A stretch of 5,496 nt of DNA. Origin: a virus. Taxonomy: Duplodnaviria > Heunggongvirae > Uroviricota > Caudoviricetes. A program made the position numbers and the translations under genes. Below are positions 5,487 to 5,496 of this stretch, in pieces. The notes beneath the pieces are model-generated. The model saw only the letters and a program-made list of their open reading frames with translations. It was not told where the DNA came from and ran no database searches. The stretch lies in the IMG/VR virus record IMGVR_UViG_2609459846_000013; one strand, given 5' to 3'. The stretch's first letter is position 1. Each line of letters opens with the position of its first letter.

Positions 5487-5496
5487 AACCCCCCCC

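Noticed and set aside
5489-5496. C8 homopolymer at the extreme 3' end of the window (G8 just upstream of the 5486 ATG on the minus strand)
   Set aside because: It sits at the window edge, so context is missing. It could be a contig-end or assembly artefact, or simply part of a longer coding frame; not enough evidence to call a slipped-strand switch.
1-5496. tRNA gene or attachment site marking an island boundary
   Set aside because: No tRNA-like structure or integrase gene is visible in this window; the boundaries of the element are presumably outside it.

Overview
This window looks like the replication and accessory core of an integrative mobile element of the P4-satellite / PICI / prophage type, probably from an enterobacterium (GC near 50%, E. 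coli-like codon usage; inference). Nearly all credible coding is on the minus strand in tightly coupled operons. Reading right to left: three small unknown ORFs (5486-4722); a 604-aa P4-alpha/D5-type primase-helicase with Walker A GPGGSGKS (4725-2911); an iteron-type origin with about 10 copies of TGTTCACC/GGTGAACA between AT-rich tracts (2668-2896); a four-gene coupled operon encoding an 81-aa unknown, an SSB with the acidic DNIPF tail, a FinO/ProQ-domain protein and an 82-aa unknown (2623-1141); an intrinsic terminator (1105-1136); a promoter region with short direct repeats; the N-terminal ~180 codons of an HK97-fold major capsid protein; a tandem array of ~23-bp GATC-containing repeats (204-350); and the start of an HTH-type ORF that runs off the window (99-1). 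No rRNA, tRNA or CRISPR array was seen. The best candidates for something undescribed are the SSB + FinO/ProQ + small-protein operon beside the origin, and the GATC-repeat array abutting an apparently truncated capsid gene. All homology statements are from reading the translations by eye, not from searches.
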